In this document: positions 57,982-64,000 of the stretch, piece after piece | How positions within the stretch are numbered: position 1 is the first letter of the stretch | Layout: the number at the start of each line of letters is the position of its first letter | Origin: Ignavibacteria bacterium | GTDB lineage: Bacteria; Elusimicrobiota; Endomicrobiia; PHAN01 | Direction of reading: 5' to 3' | DNA: 64,000 bases | Assembly (NCBI GenBank): GCA_041694835.1 | Contig: JBGFRZ010000082.1 | Location: 1 to 64,000 of the forward strand | The notes under the pieces: generated by a model | Seen by the model: the letters and a program-made list of their open reading frames with translations, nothing else | What the model was told of the DNA's origin: nothing | Database searches by the model: none | Translations under genes and position numbers: made by a program

Positions 57982-60900
57982 CGTTTCTCCTTATCTTGAT
58001 TATGGGTTCGTTCAGGTTTTCCCAGAACTTCTTAAACGACGATGCCTTCTTTCCTTCTGAAAACTCTCCCTCGCCCTCTTTATCGACAAATTTCCTAATC
58101 GCCTTCTTGAGTTCATTTATTTCCTCGTCCTTAATTGAGATTTCAATCTCACGGGCTTTGTATTTTTTTGTTATTTCATCTATAATTTCTTTCAGCTCAA
58201 ATACATCCGAGGTTGCGATTTTGGTCGCTGAATTTTTCAGATTTTCATAAGCGTCCGATATCTCTCTCTTCTGAGATTCCATCTCCTCAATTTTTCCGCG
58301 ATACTCGCTATTTAAAAGCGATATATTTTTCTCGAGGTTCTCCGCTCTCGCTTTTAGTACCGCTCTTTCCTCTTCTTTCGCCTTTAACTCGGAATCTTTC
58401 AAAGACAGTTCTTCCTGTGCGGTCTTTATTGAGTGCTCCATTTCGGCTCTTATTTCACTTAACTCTGAATTCAGGGCGGATTTCATCTGCGATTTTTCTT
58501 TTAAAAGGGTTTCAATCTGATTTCTGTATTTCTCCTCCATCTCCCTTTGAATTTCCAATTCCTTCCGCCTGTAGTCGAGATGAAGCCTCTCGATTTCTCC
58601 CTCTTTCGAAATGATATCGGCTTTAAGTCTGTCTTTTTCATCGTACCACTTTGTGAGCATCTGCTCATAATTTTTTTTAGACTCTTCGACCTCTTTCCTA
58701 AGACGTTCGAACTCAAAGGCATTTTCCATCTCCACTTCCCTTCTCACTTCAAGCTCCATCTGCTTCCATTCGGCATTCATATTTCTTATCTGGTTTTCTT
58801 TTAGAACAATATCCTGTTTGATGTTGTTTGCTTCTTTTTGAGCCGATGAAATCTCCTCTCTGAGTTTAACGGTTTCTATCTGATAGTTCTTCTTCTCTAA
58901 TTCAAGAGAAGTGATTTTTCTTTCAATCTCGCCTTTCTCAATCCTAGAATTATTCAGAATCTCCTGCTCTTTCATCAACTGCTCGGCGAGCTTTCTGTTT
59001 AACTCTTCCTTCTGTCTGGCGAATTCATTTTGGACTTCCCTGATTCTTGCGTCGGCATCTTTTTCTCTGAGTAAAATCGCGTGATTCAGATCGGACACCG
59101 CTTTTCTTGCATGTTCAAGCTCAAAACGAATGTGCTCCGCCTCTTTTGAGAGCGCATTACAGCGCGACTCTTCCTTTGAAAAACTCTCTATCAGACGATG
59201 AATTTCCCCGTTAAGCTCCGATATTTTGCTTTCATATCCGCCGATAGTTTTTGATTTTTCCCTCTCAAATTCTTTTGCAAGGTTTGCGACTTCTCTTTCC
59301 GCATCTCGCTGAATATTTACAACATCATTCCTGAGCGACGTGATTTTGGCCTCACTTTCGCTCGTCAACCTTGATATAGTCTCCTGATAATTCTTTTCAA
59401 TTTCCTTTATCCTGACTTCGGCCTCCCTCTCTTTTAGCTCGATAGCGTGATTGCTCTCCGCTATCTTATGACTTGCGTTATCGAGCTCAAAAGTTATCGA
59501 TGCGATTTTCTGCGAGTATGAATCGTTTTTAGATGATAACTCGACTATATGACTTCTAGAGTCGGTCAGATCTTTCTCCATGATTTTTTTGTCCTGTTCC
59601 AACCGCAAACTCCTCATTTCAAACTCTTTCATTCGCGCCGCGTACTGTTGCATCTGATTTTCATATAAAGAGTCACTTCTCTGTGCGTCCTGTCTCAGGA
59701 TAGAAATTTTCTGCTCATACTCCGCTTCTTTCTGTTCAAGCCTCTGCAACCATTGGGCTTCGGCGATTCCGAGTTGAGCTTCCTTTGAGCTAAGTTTTGA
59801 GTCGTATTCGGCCGAAAGGGTTCTCAATTTTTCTTCGTAATGCCTTTTAATGTTTTCGAGTTCGGTTTCCTTCAAACGGACGGCGCTATTAAAATCTCTT
59901 TCGTGATCGGCGAAATATACCTTCAGAGATTTTATCTCCTCTTCCTTCTTTTGTATCTCAAAACCAGATTCCTGGATTTTTTTGTTAAGCTGTTCCTTGT
60001 AAAATAATATCTCCCTGAGAAGTTTGTCCTGTTCTGTTTTAGTCTTCCCCTGGAAAAGCGCAAACTGCGTCTTCAGGAGAAAATACTCCTTCTCTTTCGC
60101 TTCGGCACATTTGACGAGTTCGTTTTTCTCGGTTCTCATCTTTTCAATAAGATGGACGAGCTTCTCGCCCTTTTCTTTCTGCTCCCTTAATTGAACCGAA
60201 GACATTGCAATCTGCGCCTTTATCGCAAGAAACTCTCTATCTCTTTCTTCAAGTTGTTTCAGGAGAATATTTTTTTCTTCCTGATTTTTTGCGACAGATT
60301 CCTTCAAGTCCCTCAAAGCGGCGTCTCTGTCGGATTCCATCCTTGAAATCCTGTTTTCAAAGTCGTCTTTTTGTTCAAGCAGATTTTTCTCGAATGCAAG
60401 CTTCAGTTTCGAGAGCTCTTCTTCTTTATTTCTCAGAGATGTGGACCATCCAAGTTTTTCTTCGTGCCATTTTCTCTCGAGATCTTTTATCTTCAGGGAA
60501 AACTGTTCTTCAATCTCTGTCTCCTGGAAGTCCCTCTGCTGCATCTGTGTCTTTAACGTCTGAACCCATGTTTCTCTCTCTTGAGAGAGTCTTTCCTCAA
60601 GTTCTTTTATCTTCGATTCGGCTTTCGCTTTCGCTTCCTCTATTTCCTGCTCTCTTTTTTCCCGCCTGAGGCGTTCTTGAATGTCTTTTATAGATTCCTC
60701 GACTTTGGAGGCCATCGCTTCTTCTTCCTTAGACTTCATCATCTGTAAGAGAAGTTTTTCCCTTTCCTGCTGAAGTTGATTCTGAAGTTCTATTATCTGC
60801 TGTTGAAGTTTGGTGGCGGACGCGTCGGAGGCGGGGGTGTCCAAGATGGGCAGATGCTGTGCGGGCGGCTTCAGAGGCAGCCCGGTCCTTTTGGGGAGTA

Positions 60901-61006
60901 CGGGCGAGCCCGAAGATGGTTTCGGGGGCAGCGGTAGATTTGGTTTTCCTCCTGCGTGTTGACCTTTCGATGGCAAAGGCGGAAGTTTGGGTTTTTTATC
61001 TTCCAT
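57959..61006 (-). CDS. Giant coiled-coil protein with Pro-rich N-terminal head
   Basis: GGAGG RBS; about 60 aa Pro-rich head, then about 900 aa Pro-free E/K/Q-rich helix. Confidence 0.88.
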   Translation of the reverse strand: MEDKKPKLPPLPSKGQHAGGKPNLPLPPKPSSGSPVLPKRTGLPLKPPAQHLPILDTPASDASATKLQQQIIELQNQLQQEREKLLLQMMKSKEEEAMASKVEESIKDIQERLRREKREQEIEEAKAKAESKIKELEERLSQERETWVQTLKTQMQQRDFQETEIEEQFSLKIKDLERKWHEEKLGWSTSLRNKEEELSKLKLAFEKNLLEQKDDFENRISRMESDRDAALRDLKESVAKNQEEKNILLKQLEERDREFLAIKAQIAMSSVQLREQKEKGEKLVHLIEKMRTEKNELVKCAEAKEKEYFLLKTQFALFQGKTKTEQDKLLREILFYKEQLNKKIQESGFEIQKKEEEIKSLKVYFADHERDFNSAVRLKETELENIKRHYEEKLRTLSAEYDSKLSSKEAQLGIAEAQWLQRLEQKEAEYEQKISILRQDAQRSDSLYENQMQQYAARMKEFEMRSLRLEQDKKIMEKDLTDSRSHIVELSSKNDSYSQKIASITFELDNASHKIAESNHAIELKEREAEVRIKEIEKNYQETISRLTSESEAKITSLRNDVVNIQRDAEREVANLAKEFEREKSKTIGGYESKISELNGEIHRLIESFSKEESRCNALSKEAEHIRFELEHARKAVSDLNHAILLREKDADARIREVQNEFARQKEELNRKLAEQLMKEQEILNNSRIEKGEIERKITSLELEKKNYQIETVKLREEISSAQKEANNIKQDIVLKENQIRNMNAEWKQMELEVRREVEMENAFEFERLRKEVEESKKNYEQMLTKWYDEKDRLKADIISKEGEIERLHLDYRRKELEIQREMEEKYRNQIETLLKEKSQMKSALNSELSEIRAEMEHSIKTAQEELSLKDSELKAKEEERAVLKARAENLEKNISLLNSEYRGKIEEMESQKREISDAYENLKNSATKIATSDVFELKEIIDEITKKYKAREIEISIKDEEINELKKAIRKFVDKEGEGEFSEGKKASSFKKFWENLNEPIIKIRRNDGKPKSN

Positions 61007-64000
61007 TTTTCCCTCCTGATTTGTTATTTATCTTGTTTGTTAATTCCTTCTCAAAGCTAATCAGATTCTCGTTTTTAGGTTCTATGGATATCGCCTTTTT
61101 TATCGCCATAAGAGCGTCATCCAGTTTGTCTGTGTTATAAAAGCATAAGGACATATACTGCTGTGCTTCCGCGCTGGATGGATTATTCCGAGTGAACTCC
61201 CTCAGTATTTCCAAAGACTCGGAGTAACTGCCTTGTTCGCAAAGTTCTACGGCTCTTTTCAAAAGCATCGGTCTGACTTCTTTTGGTGTCTGTCCATAAG
61301 AAACCATCTTTCCCATAAAGTCGTCGGCGAATTTCTTAAGATTTTCCCTCATCTCCCGTCGACGAATGCTTTCTGCCATTATTTCTTTTGTAGTCATTTG
61401 CATACCGGCCTCGAGCACATCGAGTTGATTCATCTTAAGTTCAAGCAGTTTTGTGAATCTATCTTTTTCCGACATTATAGAGTTTTCAAGTTCTGATATT
61501 TCCCGAACCATAGAGATAAGTTCGGTGTTTTTATCCTCATAAAGCTTTAACTGAGCGGATATCTCCGGAGAATCCTTCATATAAGAGGCTCCCGCATCCG
61601 CAAGCTCTTTTCTTAAATTCTCTATGGCTTGAGATGAGAGTTTATGCTGCGACTTATTCTTATCGATTGTCTCTTCCAGAACTCCTTTTAGTTCATCAAT
61701 ATATTTTTGGAGCTCTTCTCCGCGCTTTTTTGTTTCATTTTGCAGACGCTCATTTCTCAACTCAAGTCGTTTTGAGAGGGTGGTTATCTTTTCTTCTTCC
61801 ATATAGATTTTGTTTTTAGACTCTGACAAATAATCGTTGTATTTCCTGAGAAGTTCCGTCAAATCTTTTTCGAGCTTTTTCAAGAGGTTCTTGCTTTTTT
61901 TCTCATGCCTCAATCGCGCAGTCTCGAACTCGGACTTCGAAAGTGCCACTTTGAGTTTTCTGGATTCTATTTCCTTTTCAATCTCTCCGATTATCTTTGC
62001 CGAAGAGTTCTCGCTTTCTTTCAACTTACTTTCCCAAAGATTCACTTCGGCGAGGAGCGTTTCTCTCTCTTTAAGAAGCTTCGCTTCCTGAAGGACCCAT
62101 TCGGATTCGAGGCGATTTTTTTCATCGTCATATTTTGCCTCTAGTTCTCTTTGCGTTTTTATTTTCCCGGAAATCGTTTCCCCGGTTTCCTTCTTTAACT
62201 TTTCCATTTCAGACGACAACTTTTCCATCTCTCGCTCGATCTTTTCTTTCTCGGCGAGGTGTTCTTTCGTTATTCGTTGCTCTTCGTCGGTCACATAGGA
62301 TTCCCATGTTGTTATTTTGTTTCCGAGCTCTTTCATCTCTTCTTCTTTTTGCGATTTTAAATTGCTCCAGTAATCGCCTTGCTCTCTGATAGTCTTTTGA
62401 AGAGTTGATATCTGCTCTTCAAGTCTTTTATTCGTATCAGTCCAGGTTGTCTCTTTATTCTTTAGTTCATTTTTTGTCTGTTCAAGAGATGCCTGTGATT
62501 TATTGATGAACGCATTCAGCTCGCTCGTCTTGGAGCAAAGCGCGGTTTTGCCCGCATTCTGAACTTCCAAAAAGTTGTTTTGGAGCATCGTCAGTTCTTC
62601 GGCCAGAACTTTTCTCTCGTTTTCATAATTTTCGTTTTGCTTTTTTTCCTCCTCGTGCCATGATTTTTCTCTTAAAGCCATCTGCGTCTTCAGGACATAA
62701 AGTTGCCTGTCCAGAATCCTTACTTCATCGCGATTCGTTCCGACTAGAGCTTTTAGCTTATGTTCTAACTCATCCCTCTTCCTATCAAGCGAATGTTTCT
62801 CGGCGGCATAATTCTGTGATGAGTTTTCAAACTTTGTTTTCATTTCATCTTCCAATACTTTTAGATTCTGCTGTCCAACTTTCAGTTTTTCTTCAACTTC
62901 GGATAACTCTTGCTCCTGCTTGATTTTTATGGCTTTCATCTGGTTTTCAAGATTTTCTTTCCTTTTTTCAATTCTTTTGACGAACTGCTCATGCGATTGA
63001 AAATATGAATCTCTATTTTTTGTGTAATTATCCTCCTGTTCCTTCAATTTCGCATTTAGTTCCTGAATCTGCTGCTGCCTTGTGGCAACCATCCCCGGAT
63101 GTTTTTCTTCCAACTGCGCAAGTTCCATTTCATTCGATGTAATTTTGGAAATCAGCAGTTCTTTGACTTTATTAAACTCGCTTTCCATATGATTCAACCT
63201 GGCTTTATACTCCTGTTCAAACCTCAAGTGGTCCGACTTAAGCTTTTCAATTTCACGCTTTTTCTCCGCCAGCAACTCCGCATGGCGGGATTTCATCTCT
63301 TCCGATTCATTTTCAATCTTTTCTATTTCCTCATTTATGAGCTTTTTTTCATTTTCATTTTCTAACTCAAGAATTTTTATTTCTTTTTCATATTTGTGAA
63401 TGTTGGTTTCACGAGATGCGTTTAAAAAAGTTATCTTGTTATCGAACTCTATTAAGATATCAGCATGTTTTTTTCTTGTTTCATCAAGTTTTTTTGAAGA
63501 TTCTTCGAGTTTTTTTCTGACCAACTCAAGCTCCGCGCTTATTATGCTCTCCTTTTCTTCTATCTCATATTTATTTGCCGAAATTAAATCATTCACTTTT
63601 TTACTTATCGCTTGTATATGTCTTTCGGACTCCGAAATTTCACTTTCGCATTTTTCTTTAAAAAAATTAAACCCGACTTTCGTCCTTTCAAGCGACTCTA
63701 TCGCTATCTTCTTCTTGCCTTCAAGTTCAAAGCGGGTGGCGTCCAAATTTTTTTGTAACACCGCTGTCTTTTCCAAAAGAACTTTTTCTAACTGATTGTT
63801 CTCATCGTTTTTCGCGCTTACGGTCTCATCAAATCTCTTTTGTTCTGAAATCACCACACTATTCAATTCCTCTATTTTAGCCTCAATACTTCCTTTTTCT
63901 TCTTTTAGTTTTACATTAAAACTTTCAAGCGCAAGAGAATGATTTTTCTTTTCATCTTCCATCTTTTGCATCAAAGACTGATGGACATTTTCAAGTTCCT
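60996..64000 (-). CDS. Giant coiled-coil protein with C-terminal TPR-like repeats, 5' partial
   Basis: Frame stays open from 63974 to the window end (ELENVHQSLMQK); C-terminal AEAQQYMSLCFY...DDALMAIKKAISIEPKN is TPR-like. Confidence 0.88.
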   Translation of the reverse strand, partial: ELENVHQSLMQKMEDEKKNHSLALESFNVKLKEEKGSIEAKIEELNSVVISEQKRFDETVSAKNDENNQLEKVLLEKTAVLQKNLDATRFELEGKKKIAIESLERTKVGFNFFKEKCESEISESERHIQAISKKVNDLISANKYEIEEKESIISAELELVRKKLEESSKKLDETRKKHADILIEFDNKITFLNASRETNIHKYEKEIKILELENENEKKLINEEIEKIENESEEMKSRHAELLAEKKREIEKLKSDHLRFEQEYKARLNHMESEFNKVKELLISKITSNEMELAQLEEKHPGMVATRQQQIQELNAKLKEQEDNYTKNRDSYFQSHEQFVKRIEKRKENLENQMKAIKIKQEQELSEVEEKLKVGQQNLKVLEDEMKTKFENSSQNYAAEKHSLDRKRDELEHKLKALVGTNRDEVRILDRQLYVLKTQMALREKSWHEEEKKQNENYENERKVLAEELTMLQNNFLEVQNAGKTALCSKTSELNAFINKSQASLEQTKNELKNKETTWTDTNKRLEEQISTLQKTIREQGDYWSNLKSQKEEEMKELGNKITTWESYVTDEEQRITKEHLAEKEKIEREMEKLSSEMEKLKKETGETISGKIKTQRELEAKYDDEKNRLESEWVLQEAKLLKERETLLAEVNLWESKLKESENSSAKIIGEIEKEIESRKLKVALSKSEFETARLRHEKKSKNLLKKLEKDLTELLRKYNDYLSESKNKIYMEEEKITTLSKRLELRNERLQNETKKRGEELQKYIDELKGVLEETIDKNKSQHKLSSQAIENLRKELADAGASYMKDSPEISAQLKLYEDKNTELISMVREISELENSIMSEKDRFTKLLELKMNQLDVLEAGMQMTTKEIMAESIRRREMRENLKKFADDFMGKMVSYGQTPKEVRPMLLKRAVELCEQGSYSESLEILREFTRNNPSSAEAQQYMSLCFYNTDKLDDALMAIKKAISIEPKNENLISFEKELTNKINNKSGGKNGR

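Noticed and set aside
57430-64000. Giant coiled coils as SMC/SbcC/Wadjet or phage tape-measure proteins
   Set aside because: No Walker or signature motifs are in the visible sequence, a canonical smc is present separately, and no phage genes are nearby. Caveat: the N-terminus of the last ORF is outside the window.

Overview
Bacterial chromosomal window, mostly housekeeping genes on the minus strand (ybeY, phoH, tsaC/SUA5, mtnA, proC, yggS, groESL, scpAB, trpS, fmt, def, pdxA, two PPIases, mfd, smc), with PBP1A and one operon on the plus strand (HD-GYP, rsmI, argC, argJ, glyA, upp, wecA-like, wecB). The gene content suggests a diderm: an LpxL-like acyltransferase, SurA-like foldases, and a PorV/PorP-like barrel next to a CHU_C-type secreted protein. 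Elusimicrobiota is my guess, inferred and not verified. No rRNA, tRNA, CRISPR array or transposase was found. Three non-routine layers stand out. (1) A >14 kb co-oriented cluster (49909->64000) encodes four coiled-coil proteins. Three share an aromatic-x6-KE motif, two share an amphipathic C-terminus, and one is membrane-anchored with a beta-propeller. Between them lie a 9-domain Ig/FN3 secreted protein and an outer-membrane barrel-LysM protein. This is a candidate envelope-spanning scaffold or secretion system. (2) At least four non-autonomous MITE families occur, with readable TIRs and 2-, 5- and 8-bp target duplications. They nest in each other, sit directly behind -10-like boxes or in front of start codons, and one is inserted in frame in ybeY. 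In addition, 7/8-mer tandem repeats are translated inside argJ, wecB, yggS and a signal peptide. (3) An AT-rich putative type II restriction-modification pair lies between argC and argJ, and three identical LexA-box-like palindromes lie upstream of non-SOS genes.
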